Shown piece after piece: positions 1 through 12,400 of a DNA stretch of 64,000 nt. The DNA is taken from NCBI GenBank assembly GCA_030704615.1, contig CM060731.1:19778001-19842000 (forward strand), written 5' to 3'. A program made the position numbers and the translations under genes. The notes beneath the pieces were generated by a model. It did not search any database. It was not told where the DNA came from and saw nothing but the letters and a program-made list of their open reading frames with translations. Origin of the DNA: Takakia lepidozioides. Taxonomy: Eukaryota; Plantae; Bryophyta. Every line of letters begins with the position of its first letter. The first letter of the stretch is position 1.

Positions 1-376
1 TGGCGGGGCCACATGTGAATTCTGTCCAGTGCCCAAACCGAGGTGGCAGGGCTTGAAAATGGCTATATTCCATGTGGCACGTTTTAACTGGTCCACGTCT
101 TCAAAATTAGGCTCCTAAATTAGTGTTTTTTAATCTGGCGAAAAATCGCCAGATTTCGACCTGGAAAATGGGTCAGCTATTTTTACTAAGGAATTATGGG
201 AATAAAAATCAAGAAAATCGCCAGAAAGCGCCAAAGGTTAAATACCAGGAGCCAGATTTGTCCTACGTGGACCTGTTAAAATACGACACCTGTAATATAG
301 CCTCTTTTCTAGCTCTGTCACCTCGTTATTCCCGCCACATGGGCGTTTGGTAGAATGTACATGTCGCCCTGCCTAC
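1..376. mobile_element. Fold-back MITE-like element (left end at or beyond the window edge)
   Basis: Bases ~1-98 are an imperfect inverted copy of ~265-374 (e.g. ttttaactggtccacgt vs acgtggacctgttaaaa; ggcggggccacatgtgaattct vs agaatgtacatgtcgccctgcc). AT-rich core with repeated aaaatcgccag and no credible ORF. Confidence 0.6.
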
Positions 377-772
377 GATTTTGGAAAAGTGGAGGCCTTC
401 TATGAGATGGATAACTCAAGGTTTCAAACACAAAGCAGTAGGCTCCTCCCTATGGGTCTCTATTTGGACAGCCTGGAACAAATTCAGACCGTTCCTTATC
501 AAAACAGAGCCCACCTCAACTGCTGAGGTAATGAGGCAACACCTCTTCCTCAACTCAGCCTCTCCAACACCCCAGAAACGTATTCAAGCAAAAAGATGGG
601 TTGCCCGGGAGATGAGAGGATTTTCCCAGATCCAACACCTCTGGCAAGCCTCCCCTAACTCTCTACAAACGGCCCTAGGAGCTACCAGACTCAGAATAGG
701 CATTCAATCAATTATCGCTAGCACGCCGGATTCCTGGAAACTTATCCTCAGAAATGGCAGGGGTCTGCACTC
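377..772 (+). pseudogene. Decayed LINE (L1-type ORF2, post-RT region), left fragment
   Basis: Trp-rich text GSSLWVSIWTAWNKFRPFL is typical of plant LINE ORF2 downstream of RT. It resumes at 14087 after the MULE insertion. Confidence 0.55.
764..772 (+). repeat. Left 9-bp target-site duplication TCTGCACTC (partner at 14078-14086)
   Basis: Identical 9-mers immediately outside both TIRs; 9 bp is the canonical Mutator TSD length. Confidence 0.88.
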
Positions 773-810
773 GGGGATTGCTAAACCGTGAGCAGATTCC
801 GTGAGCAGAA
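773..810 (+). repeat. Left imperfect TIR with GTGAGCAGA sub-repeats
   Basis: GGGGATTGCTAAACCGTGAGCAGATTCCGTGAGCAGAA aligns without gaps to the reverse complement of the right end, GAGGGCAGCAAAGCCGTGAGCAGAACCTGTGAGCAGAT. Confidence 0.8.
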
Positions 811-1649
811 TTCTGCTCACGGATCTGTATGTGCTCACCTGTAACCGCGGACACCTATTCGGCCTAGAGGACCTATTACTGCAGGTTGTGTCAAGTTTAT
901 CATGCAGACGTCATTCATCGTTATGGATGAACGATGGATGAATGGGGGATGAAAGGATGTTCGACGAATGGTACATGGATGAATGTCGTTTGTAGATGAA
1001 TGCAAAACTAAGATGCATTTTTGAGTAGTGGTTGCTAAATCCCCCCAACTCTAGAGTGAACTTCTACCCACTGGTGAGGGTTGTACCAGCAATCAGAACT
1101 CGACATAGTTGCTGACACACAGTTGCAAAGAAGGTGGAGAGGCCATTTGGTGCTTCAAACTTAATTTTTTAATAACTGAAGATTCATTCCGACAAAGAAT
1201 ATTCTGTGCTACTGGAGTCGGCGTCCAAAACGATGGCAGAACTATCTATGAAGACACTAGCCCTGCTTTGCACAAAACCCTCTCTGTTCAAAAGCAAACT
1301 AGGGGGAGAAGAGAAGAGACTAAATTCCGAAGCTGCAGCCTCCGCAAAACATGGCAATTTAAAATCTGCTTTCGGACTTGGGAAAAATTGCGGGTTTGCA
1401 AAGAAAGGGAGGAACCGTGACGACCTTCGGCTCCTATACACACAAACAAACAATGTAAGTCCATATACATTCTGTTGGCCCAACTTGTGCAGGAAAGATG
1501 GAAATGGAAGGATGCGCCGTCGTGTCAGTGAAGTGCCACAACTGAACTAGCACTTACTCACGTGAGAAATCGGAATCAACATCTAGAGCATCGAGCTCTT
1601 GCAGATCCTGCTCCACAACAATGTTCTCAGTCTGGGTCAAATGCGATGA

Positions 1650-2553
1650 ACCCCCAGACAGAGGTGCGATGACTTGAGAGTAGAGATGCTCGTCCCCCTC
1701 CATCCCAAAATAATGCCTTCCTACATACTTGCATGCATGGAAGGAAGCCCCTGCAACAGTGCAAATGGACCCACGAAACAAAGTAAGAAGCCGAATCTGA
1801 AGGCAAAGAAGTGCACCCAAGCAATGGAATCTGATTGGGTACCAACCTGTACCCATGGACAGGTACACCACTTTCCCACCATGCCGGCTGCATGTCTCAA
1901 TCAAAGTCTGCATGAAAGGGGGTGACTTCTCCCGAGCACCTCTCCATGGAATGCCACCAGTTTTTTTCAATGTTTGGGAGGAGTCCACATAGTTGTGGAT
2001 AACATCGGATTGTACAGGGTCGCATTCAGGGTCTATGTGAAGCCCCCCTTCCCAAACGTCGAAATGGCCAACATGAGCAGGAGTGGTATCTGGCCGAATT
2101 CGAGCAAGACAAATGGCCTTGAACACATATGTCTGCAGCAGCACCAATGTTAGAAACGTTGTGAAGGGAAATTCCACGAAACAATAACACACAAAAAAAA
2201 CCCAGGCGAGCACCTTCTGTCCGGGAAACTCTGCATTAGATAGTGGCAGGGTGTTCACACAGGTCCAAATTTTGCGGATTTGGAACCCCGACGACTTCAT
2301 GTAGTTGTGAAGCAACCGGCGGGATGCCATGTCCTCACCTTGGAAAATCAAAAGCGACCCAGCGTCAGACATAAACTTGTTGCTGAAAGAGAATGCCCAC
2401 TGCCAGTAAAGTGGATTATGAGCATTCCAGGCTGGAGTCACATCTGTGGGAATGATATCAGGCACTGGAAGCCCATCTGGGATGTCAAGGATGACAAGAT
2501 CTGTCGCGTAGGGCTGCTGCACTCCATTCACCCAACATGGCGTCCTGGTCACC
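1650..2553 (-). CDS. Beta-class amino-DNA methyltransferase domain (N6_N4_Mtase-like)
   Basis: The motif IV-like DLVILDIPDG (2472-2501) precedes EKSPPFMQTLIETCS..GGKVVYLSMGTG-ASFHACKYVGRHYFGME. The latter matches the qKP..L...lI...s..g..VlDpF.GsGtt..A....gR...g.E signature, and the order (IV before X-I) is the beta permutation. Confidence 0.8.
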
Positions 2554-2632
2554 TGAAATGAGAACAGGCAATCGTATGAGATAGACAAATTGCAGTGGAG
2601 ACACCCGAACCAATGATCGTTGCACCTCCCAT

Positions 2633-3890
2633 ATTAAGATGTCGTTGACGACACCTTAATGCACCACCTACGCTCCCCCAACAATGCATCAAAAATAACC
2701 AGAGTATGATAGATGCGGCGGGCTCACCAGGGTGAGGAAAGAGCACAGATGGTCCCATGTAGGTGACTTCACACCCACGAAAGTGGACTTTCTTGACTCC
2801 ATCATACGGAGGAAGCTCACGTTGGCCGTTTTACGCTAGAAGTGCGGGCCCACAACCCTGGACACACACAGCCGTGCTTCGTAAGGGCGTTTCTTTGCTA
2901 TGTGTGTACAGCGCCGATCTACAACGGTGGATGTGTTGGCGACCTCTGGCTGCTGTTTCTGGGCAGGTTGCACAGTCAAATGAACAGAAGCCCCAGCTGG
3001 CCCAGCAGTGTCAGGAGGGTCTGCCACTGCTTCCCCAGCAGCCCCAGTACCCGCATTAGCCGTTGTAGCCTCCACTATCTGTTTCCCCTTCTTTTTCTTC
3101 TTGCCGTCAGAAGGGGTGGCCGGTTTTGTAGGCTCTTCTTATTCAATAGCGCCAAGGCTCTTTGCTGCAACTCCTCATCTATCCGGGGGGCCAGTGAATC
3201 TGCGTTTTCATTCTGATTCCTCATGACATTCTTCTCCCAGGGAGTCGAAGCTCTCGGGCAGTCCACGTACCACCCACAGTCATGGTAATGTGCCCAACCC
3301 CAGTCCTTTTCAATGCCAGCAGTGTACATTGTGGTTTCATCATTTGGGTTCGCCCATCCACGAATGAAGTCTGGATTCTCACTCGGGGTGTTCTCCGGAA
3401 TAAGAACAAAACGAAAGTACCTGCAGAGAAGAAGACCATCCCGCTTAGAGAGTTTCCTTGAACACAACAGAAATGGCCATAAAACTGTTATAAATGGTTG
3501 CATTTCACTCTGAGGATTAAGGTGTCGTCAACGACATCTTAATCCAGGCACTAAGAGGCAGGACTCCACAACTGATGTTGGCAATTTTCCCAAAAATCAG
3601 ACCATGTAAGATCCCCCTTCATATGCTCACTCATCCCAAGAGAGCATGGATTTAAGGTATCGTCAACGACACCTTAATTCCCATTCTCAAATAGCAATAA
3701 AAAAAGACAATGACACAATACAGAACACCACAAGACTGCTTTACAATTGAAAATAGGGACAGAGGTGGAGACATTGAGGCCACCTTAAACCGAACCCCCT
3801 TACAGGATGAAAGTCCTAGAAGGTCCAGTATAAGCAGGAATGGGCCTAACAATATTGCGCAAATTAAGGTGTCGTTGACGACACCTTAAT
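2633..3890. repeat. Four dispersed copies of the 28-bp palindrome in predicted introns (2633-2660, 3516-3543, 3651-3678, 3863-3890)
   Basis: E.g. ATTAAGGTGTCGT-TG-ACGACACCTTAAT at 3863-3890 has perfect 13-bp arms. Confidence 0.9.
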
Positions 3891-5043
3891 TTCCCCCTCA
3901 CAGAAAAAGAATTGAGTTAGTGCACACACCTGTACAGCAGACGTTTCATTGCCTCCTCGCCATTGTACTGATGATCGAAATCTTTAGATCGAAGAATCCC
4001 TCCCTCCTTCTCGAACTCCCGGAAAAATGCATACTTCCAGAGCTCCCTTCTCCATTTACGAACGTAGGACTCAAACTTGATGCTGGGAGATGTCATGGTG
4101 ATTTTGTAGTCTAGTAGTGACTTCTCCAATGTTTCAATGGCCCGCTTCTCCAGCTGCAAAAACAACGATGTACCCTCAGTGGTTAAACCCAAAAACCAGT
4201 GAAGTCATTGCGAACAATGTGGAACGTTTGCAAATTCTTACCTAGCTCCAAAAGGTAGTTTTATGCAACCATGTCTCAAATGCACGGTCGCTCACAGGTG
4301 TCACCACTCCTATCTCAGGGTCCCTATGCGGTTTTGGGAAATTGTTGGTGTCCCGGACGATTGGATCCGAGTTCCAGATTTCGAGCCACCTCACTTTTTG
4401 AGCCGGCTCAACCATGGAAATTGACAGACGGTGGATCTTTTCATGTGTCATCTCAGGCTTGGTGGGCTTGTTCCAGTGTATCCGAATCTGCTCCAGAAAC
4501 CCCTTTCCCAGCCCAGGGTCAGCAATTCGTATGTGCTTGTCAAACGCACTTTTGAGGTTTTTCCTCGCCGTATCCATCTCATCTTTCATTTTGGTTTCCA
4601 CCCCGTTCGCTGTTCTCTCTTCCTCCGGAGTAGTGGCATAATACTCCAGCTTCGCTCGCTCTCCAGCATCCGCAATTTCTTGCTGTGACACAAAGAACAT
4701 TGGCCTATTATTACATCTTCAATCCAAAAATGAAAGAAAACTCAAGATTGAAAAGGAACTAGTCTTACCGCATAGAAGTACTCGAGGAAAGCTTCCCTCG
4801 TCAGATTGTACCAAGTTTCAGACTTCTTGATTGTTTGGCATTTCTTCAGTGTCTCTGCAGACAAGACGCTGGCGAATGTTTCCAACGGCATGACTCCTAT
4901 ACGTTGCATCCGAAACAGTGTATGCACTATGTTCGTGGTGACGTGTGATGTCTCCGTGCCCCTGCATTGAAAGCAAATGAGTACAAGAATCTTGAAGCGA
5001 GGGACTTCATGTAGTTCATAAAAGGAAACGAAACAAGACTTAC

Positions 5044-5485
5044 TTGTTGACATCGTGCATGGCAGTCAGAAGCTGTGTTATTCTGCCTTGTGGATCCAAA
5101 ACCATTGACACTACTCGGTGATGCCAGTCTTTGTTGTCGGCATACATTCTCGTGATATATTCCATCCAAGCAACCAAACGGTGATTACCATCCCATACGA
5201 AGAACATCTTCCCCATGTACTACCTGTGAGATGGGTTATAGGAAAGCTCTGCCTCAAACTCCGAATTCACCTCATTCCAAAGCGGATCCCAACCGGCCAT
5301 AATCTCTTCGTCAACCATTTTCTCCGATCCCTGGATATCTGTCACTGAAACGTAAAAAACTGCGGAGCCCTTCAAGTACCCGTGGATGAAATCACCCTGA
5401 AGCTTCTTGATATCATGATGCAGGGCTGGACGAACGGCAGGCATGGAAATCATCCTGCATAGGGGAATCATAAGAGTGCCGTCCC
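5044..5485 (-). CDS. ParB/Sulfiredoxin-like domain exon (one in-frame TAG at 5220-5222)
   Basis: IPLCRMISMPAVRPALHHDIKKLQGDFIHGY...AVFYV...KMFFVWDGNHRLVAW matches the ParB-N pattern (ip+..+......R........L...+...G........+.DGnHRl.A). Confidence 0.7.
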
Positions 5486-5696
5486 GAACTTCCATGGAAT
5501 TTATGACCTTCCTGGAGTTTACCTTGGAGGTGTACATCAGTGAATGCACTTTATCTTCGTAATTGTCAGATGGATCTTCATCTTGAGTATCAGGAGCAAA
5601 TGTCTCCTGTGCAGGCTGGCTTTCCCCCGCCTTTTTCCTTTTTTTCTGCATTCATTTGTGTTTTCCCACAGCATCAATGTCTACTTGACAGAAAAG

Positions 5697-7808
5697 AATA
5701 AGGTGTCGTCAACAATGCCTTAATCTGCCTCCTTATTTCAGATTTAAACACTCATTCAATATGACTACTATCGACACCCGATCCTCTTCCTCTATGCATC
5801 AAAGTCCACTTTGTACACTCCAGATTAAGGTATCGTCAATGATGCCTTAATCTGCCTCCATGTTTGTATTTAGAACAGCCCTACCCACCACCAATCCGGT
5901 TTATATCTGCTTCAAAGTATGCCTGAAAAGTGTTTTTACAGGGCAGATTAAGGTGTCGTCAACGATGCCTTAATCTGCCTCCTTATTTTTGTTTGAAACA
6001 ACCCTTCTATGAGCAGATTCCCCACCCCTGATCGTGTTCCTCTCTTTTTCATAGTATCCCTAGGAACTGCTTTTACACTCCAGATTAAGGTATCGTCAAC
6101 GATGCCTTAATCTGTCTCCTTCTTTTATGTACTAGACATCCCTTAAAGTGCAGACTACCCACCACTAATCTTATTTATATCTGCTTCAAAGTATGCCTGG
6201 AAAGTGTTTTTGACAAGCCAGATTAAGGTGTCATCAACGATGCCTTAATATGCCTCCTTATTTCTGTTTAAAACAGCCCTTCTATGAGAATATTCCCCAC
6301 CCCTGATCGTGTTCCTCTCTGTTTCATAGTATCCCCGGGAACTGCTTTTACACTCTAGATTAAGGTATCGTCAACGATGCCTTAATCTTCCTCCTTCTTT
6401 TATGTCCTAGACATCCCTCAAAGTGCAGACTACCCACCACTAATCCTGTTTATATCTGCTTCAAAATATCCCATTAAAGTGTTTTTGACAGGCCAGATTA
6501 AGGTGTCGTCAACGATGCCTTAATGTGCCTCCTTATTTTTGCTTTAAACAGCCCTTCTATGAGTGCTTTTTTCACCCCTGATCGTGTTCCTCTCTGTTTC
6601 ATAGTATCCCCATAAACTGCTTTTACACTCCAGATTAAGGTATCGTCAACGATGCCTTGATTTGCCTCCTTCGTTTATGTCCTAGACATCCCTCAAAGTG
6701 CAGACTACCCACCACTAATCCTGTTCATATTTGCTTCAAAGTATGCCATGAGACAGGCCTGATTAAGGTGTCGTCAACGATGCCTTAATCTGCCTCCTTA
6801 TTTTTGCTTTAAACAGCCCTCCTATGAGTGTTTTTTTCACCCCTGATCGTGTTCCTCTCTGTTTCATAGTATCCCCGGAAACTACATTTCCACTCCAGAT
6901 TAAGGTATCGTCAACGATGCCTTAATTCGCATCTTCATTTATGTCCAAGACATCCGTCAAGGTGCAGACTACCCACAACTAATCCAATTCATGTCTGCTT
7001 CAAGGTATCCCTGGAAAGTGTTTTTGACAGACCAGATTAAGGTGTCGTCAACGATGTCTTAATCTGCCTCCTTATTTCTGTTTAAAGCAGCCACTGAGTT
7101 TTGATACTCTCCACCCTGGATACTGTTCATCTCTGCTTGAAAGTCCATTGAAAACTAGGTTTCACTCCAGATTACGGTATCGTCAACGATGCCTTAATAC
7201 CACTCATATTTAGGGTTTCGAACGTCCCCTCACTAGTTAGACTATCCACCCCTAAACCTATTCATCTCTGCCTCAAACTATGCCTCTACGTACATTTTAC
7301 AGGCCAGATTAAGGCATCGTCAACGATGCCTTAATTGTCCTCCATGTTTCAGAAAAAAAACAGTCACTGAATGTGTTCCTCTCTGCATCAAAGTATTCGG
7401 AAAACGGATTCTAACTCCCAGATTAAGGTATCGTCAACGATGCCTTAATTCCCCTCCTCGTTTCTGTTTTAGATATCCCCTCACTGTGCAGACTACCCAT
7501 CACTCAAACACTCAACCCGGGAAAGACAGACTATATTAAGGTGTCGTCAACAATGCCTTAATCTGCCTGATTCATTCTGCTTCAGAAACCCCCTCACTTT
7601 GCCGACCAGTAAGCATGTTCATCTCTGTTTTGAAGAAACCCTGGGAATAGCAGAGCCCTAAACCCTAAACCCTGCATTCTTCATGCTGCTTCAGAGTCCA
7701 GTCATACAGCGGAAACTTGTGCTTTAATCGTGATCCTCTATGTTTGAAAGAAAACCCTCAATATCTGAATGGCTGACCAGATTAAAGTATCGTCAACGAT
7801 GCCTTAAT
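5697..7808. repeat. Array of 16 palindromes (28 bp) at ~137-bp period; A/B dimeric (~275 bp) higher-order tandem repeat
   Basis: Copies start at 5697, 5824, 5947, 6084, 6222, 6359, 6497, 6634, 6762, 6899, 7036, 7171, 7308, 7422, 7535 and 7781. GGTG and GGTA variants alternate with two spacer types. Confidence 0.95.
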
Positions 7809-8253
7809 CAGCCTCCTTCTGTCCGTATCAAACTCTCTGAATAACCTACCAGCCTTGTCTTCTTTGCTTCAAAAAGCCTGGCAGACTTCGAACTTTAGCA
7901 CCTCTTTTATGCTTCACAACAACCCTCAGAAATGAGAATGGGCAAGCTAGAACAAACCTTCGCAGGCTTTGGACGGCCGCTGGAAGACCCCTTCTCCGCA
8001 GGTCGCATTGTTCCTTGCACTTGTGTCTTCCCCTTCACTCGTGGTAGTGTCCACTGGTTGCTCCACTGTTGCCCTAGCCCGCTATGGAGAGTGAACCCTG
8101 GGCACCTCCTCCTCAGTCACCATGTTGACGTCCACTTCAGGGTTCTGGTCTGGTGCGTTCTTCTCGGCTGTTATATCTCGGAGACTCTCCCAAGCTTTTT
8201 TCTGTTTCCTCTGAAAAACATCACACATTGTTTGAAAGACAAATCAGGCCCAT

Positions 8254-8374
8254 TTTAAGCTTGTGTTGACGACACCTTAATTTGGCACTGCATTGGAACA
8301 TGAGGGTAACAGAGAGGAGGGTAAGGCGGGGAGGATGCGATTGCAAATTAAGCTGTTGTCAACGACATCTTAAA
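8254..8374. repeat. Two degenerate palindrome copies in the predicted first intron
   Basis: tttaagcttgtgttgacgacaccttaat (8254-8281) and attaagctgttgtcaacgacatcttaaa (8347-8374). Confidence 0.75.
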
Positions 8375-9421
8375 ATGCAGGGCATACTTCGATGGCTCCA
8401 CCAGTTTTCATCTCTAACAATGCAAAAACAAACTGAACTGTGCATGGCAATGGTGGTGCTACCTGAAGGAGACTCTGTTCAGCGCTGTCCATCTCCAAAT
8501 CCACTGCTCGCATGCTGCCTCCCACTTGTGCCTTGTCCTTCAATGCCCGCAAAGACAGCGTTGTGTTGGATTGGCGCTCCCGGGTATTCACGGCCACCTG
8601 CTTCGTTACGACCTCCTGCACAGGAGTAACATCACTGCCTGGCATGCCTTCCTCCTCTCTTATAGGTGGCATTCTTTCCATCCCAGCCTCACGCAAAAGG
8701 GGAAGTTCCAAAAGCTCCTCCAACTACTTTTCCACAGACGGCTCCGCAACTCCCCTATTCTGTAACCCTTTGCCAGCAGATCCCTCCCCTTCACGGTCAC
8801 TCTCCCCCTCGGAAAGATCAACCGCCCTCCGAGTCTTCCTCATTCTCTCTCTGGCTTTCAACCTCTGCCTCGCCGACGTGTAGTAAAGAGACTTCCTACG
8901 CGTCCTCTTCTTTGCACTAACAATGACGTTCTTGGGAGGCTCCAGTGTGAATAGTTCGAAATGACATTAACGGGACACTCATCCAACACTCCATTAGGGT
9001 CCACGAAACGGATGGATGGATGGCAGTTGGGGTTTCATCTCTGAAATCATTCGTTTAGGGTTTATCCCAAAAAACAGAGACGGCTCTTAATTGACTTGTT
9101 CGAATTGCGGCTGGGGGGTTGTCTGCTGTGCAACTTGGGAATGGCCAACTGGCATGGACCATCATTGCCGGTCTGGGCCCTTTTAGTGGAACCTTTGCAT
9201 GGACACCACGTACCCGTGGGTGTCAGTTGGTGTTCCATCAACATAGAGGTCGTTATGGAATGGGCTGCGGGTTTGTCCGAGGGAAATATGTCATTGTTAG
9301 AAAATTGAACGCACCCTCGTAATTCTTAATACTGCTGAGCTGTTTTTAGGGCGGCGAAACGTTGCAAGATTATCATGAGAATGATGGAAAAGAGAAAGTA
9401 CACTGTGCGAAGATAAACAGT

Positions 9422-12400
9422 ATGAACACAGAATAGGAGTCCCCCACATTATCCAGTGTGCTTCATTCTAGTCCATGCGTACCATGTCTCCCACCTCAGA
9501 CGTGGTAACACCATTTTCCCCTCTGCAAGCCGAGTACCTGAGCGCCGTGGCCGACGACAATGGCCTGGCTGTTGTTGAGGAGGATTTGATTTGCACGATG
9601 TCACGAAGGTCCCTCTTCCTACGAACCCTCCTATACTGGTAGACCCCGATGTCCAGGAGATCATTAGTGTCATTCTCAAGTTGTAGTCGTTGAGAGGATT
9701 GCCACGATGCAAGAGCGATGTGAGAGGCATTGTTTGGGAAACACAGTGGATCTAAAGAGCGAAATTTCTACCCCCTTACTTTGATGGAGACATCGTTTTT
9801 GAACTGCCACCTCCGACGTCATGTGGAGGTTTGGCTGGACTCATGGCGGGCATGGACAAGAAACACGATGGACACCCATGGTGTCGGACTAAAACTTCCA
9901 ATATCTGTAATCCGCATGGCCTGAAGTTTCGGAGATCCATTTGCGTTGGGCACTTGCGTTGTGCAAATTCGGATTGCCAGCATTTCCAGATGGCCGGTGT
10001 GGCAAATGAGACGGAGTGGGAGGGAGTCTGCGACAACCCATTTCAAGTAGGGTGTGCTCCTCCAAAGAGCAGTTCTGTCGTTTGCAAGTTTTGCAAAATC
10101 GTGCCACAATGCATGGCGGAATGCAATGCACGGATGTACTACGTGCTGCACCGTATCAACCACCTCACACGGGCTTGTATCCATTTTGGCACCCATGCCC
10201 ATCCAGTGTCGCAAGGAGATTGCAGGGAGAGTGTTGAGACAGTGCGTTTGCTGCTTCAGCAAGAATTTCAAAATGCTCCCACTGCATCACCATCAGCCAT
10301 TGCTATGGCAGCAAGCAAAGGCTTCATGCACAAACATCTGCTGGGGGAGTCAGACGAGACAATGACTAAGTTTGATAGTGCATCGCTTGACTTTGTGATG
10401 GACCATTTCTCAACATTGGCTTCTCCAAATGCTCGTTATCAAATCAGCGTCCTTAGGACTGGGGCAGACAACAAAGGATACGTAGATATCATCCTAGAAT
10501 TGAAGCGCAGAAGTCGATACGACTTCATCCAGGACAGTGTTTTCCCAGGACAGGGGTCCCAAAAAGTATACTTGTTCAAGATGTCCACTGTTGCGGAGGG
10601 TTCTGGAGTTAGCCTGGTTCGTAGAATGCAGGCCGGGGGTGATCTTCATAAGTCCTGGGTAATGTTTGATCACGTGAAGCGAGTGAAGGATTGGACGACC
10701 ATGGCCTGTCATGTGTATGATCCTACGTATCAGCGAGTTATGACTATTGCTGTTTGTGACATGCAGTTGGAGGACACAGAGTCCCAAATTCTTATGTGGA
10801 AGGCTCTAGTTAACGTCATGAGAGAGTTCATGGTTTGCCAGATGCAAATTTCACAGGGTTCATGGCAGACAGCGCACAAGCTAATTGGAATGTTGTGCGG
10901 ACTGTGTTTGGCTCTGGTGACCCGAAAATACCAATGCAAGGCCGAGAACGCACTTGCCTCCTTCATTGGACCCAGTCCCTTCGTCGGCACACAAAAAATT
11001 CCATAAAATTGGAGTTGCAAGAGGAGCACCTGCGACTATGCCGTTGGGCATCTTCTAGGGAGTAAAAGACTGTAACTGCACTTCTTTAGGCTCATTGCAA
11101 TGCTCTAGACAATACTCTAAGATATGCCACCACAGAAAGGGAAGCAAATGCCATGTTTCAGACTATTAGAGCTAGGAGACTGATGGTACTCCTCTGAGGC
11201 GGCGAGTCTGGAGGGGATCAAAGAGCTAGAAGACTGGTTGGGCTTTTGGCACTTCAAATACAGACAGTGGGGTGCCTTCATGACCGTTGTAAGTTAGACT
11301 CATACTACCATGATTTTCAATTCTTCTTATATATATGGGGGTGTGCACCAGCGGCCTTGTTGTCCAGTCCAGTCCAGTCGAATGCTGCTCCACATAACAG
11401 TGGCATGTGTGTGGCATTTACCTGCAGAATATGTCACTGGAAGACATTGCGGATATGTCATCCTGCAATCTTGCGGAGACTATTTATAGTATGTGGATGG
11501 CGCAATCCGGTAAGAACGGCCGGAACCTTTACGTTGCAACTGTAGATGACCTTATCCGCGCTCTTTCGCAACAAACAAAGTACCGAGACTTTCTTAGGGG
11601 ACGGGGTCCTGGTAAGGGGCCGGACAGGGCAGAGTTGCTGCTCAAGGCTGCTAACAGATGCAAGCATCCTGCAAAAATGGCACAGGCTGTTAACGAGTAC
11701 ACGATTGGAACACCTTTGCAGTCCAGGCTCCCACATCTGGAAGGTGAGGAGAGATTCAGATCATGCAAGCGCAAACTGGACACCCCTCCAAGATCGGCTG
11801 GTGACTCCCACCGGCATGATAGAGACAATTTCTCCATACCTCATGTGTCTGTGCCACCCAATTTTGGATGTACTTCTCCATCCGTGGATGCGGGTTTTTC
11901 TGCAGATTTCGATGCAACATATGCGACAGCTCCAGTACGGGGAGAAGGACGGACGCTGCTGCCAGTTGAGAAGACCGATTGTGGTGATGGAACGGACTCC
12001 GAAAGGATCGAAAGTTGGTTGTTCTGCTATCAGGGCACTGTCTTTTGTGAAGTGCACAACTAAATTTGCAGAGGCGCTGGCGGGACTCCAACACCGACAT
12101 TCACAGGTTTGTTCAAATATTACTCAGCGCGGGAGTCTAGACCTCACAAGTTCTGGTTCTGCCCCGATGACATTCAGCGTTGTGTGATGGGGACTTGTCG
12201 GGATTCAGTCATCAGCAAGCCTACCATCCCTGTCGTCTGGCCAGTCAAGGTCGGAACATCTCTCTCCAAACAAGAGATAGACATGCTGGAGGATGCTAGG
12301 TTTTGACTTCCAAGAGGCCCAACAGTCCTAACACCAACATCATGTTATGGTACGCCATTCATATTCCGTACACGTCCACCACATGGGAACGACTGGCCAA

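Larger units (their letters stand above)
1554..8945 (-). pseudogene. Multi-exon MULE cargo gene: low-complexity N-terminus + ParB/Srx-like domain + beta-class N6A/N4C DNA methyltransferase domain (several in-frame stops and frameshifts)
   Basis: Collinear minus-strand ORF pieces bounded by GT..AG (approx. exons 8945-8525, 8209-7959, 5646-5044, 4961-4770, 4682-4242, ~4155-3930, 3421-~2730, 2553-1554 with two small introns). Motifs FFVWDGNHRLVAW, DLVILDIPDG and REKSPPFMQTLIETCSRHGGKVVYLSMGTG/ASFHACKYVGRHYFGME. That all pieces form one gene is inferred. Confidence 0.7.

Noticed and set aside
3874-3879. Palindrome core GTYRAC equals a HincII-type recognition site, hinting at the MTase target
   Set aside because: A 6-bp degenerate match is expected at the centre of such a palindrome; there is no evidence for that specificity.
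1554-5651. Bacterial contamination or a prophage ParB/methylase operon
   Set aside because: Domains are split by GT-AG introns and sit inside a TSD-bounded eukaryotic transposon.
7655-7673. Telomeric repeat / telo-box (also ~9055, ~37583, ~41278)
   Set aside because: Only 1-2 units each; too short to call interstitial telomere or function.
5697-7808. CRISPR array
   Set aside because: Spacers are mostly ~85-110 bp and homologous to each other in an A/B pattern, no cas genes are present, and the context is eukaryotic and intronic.
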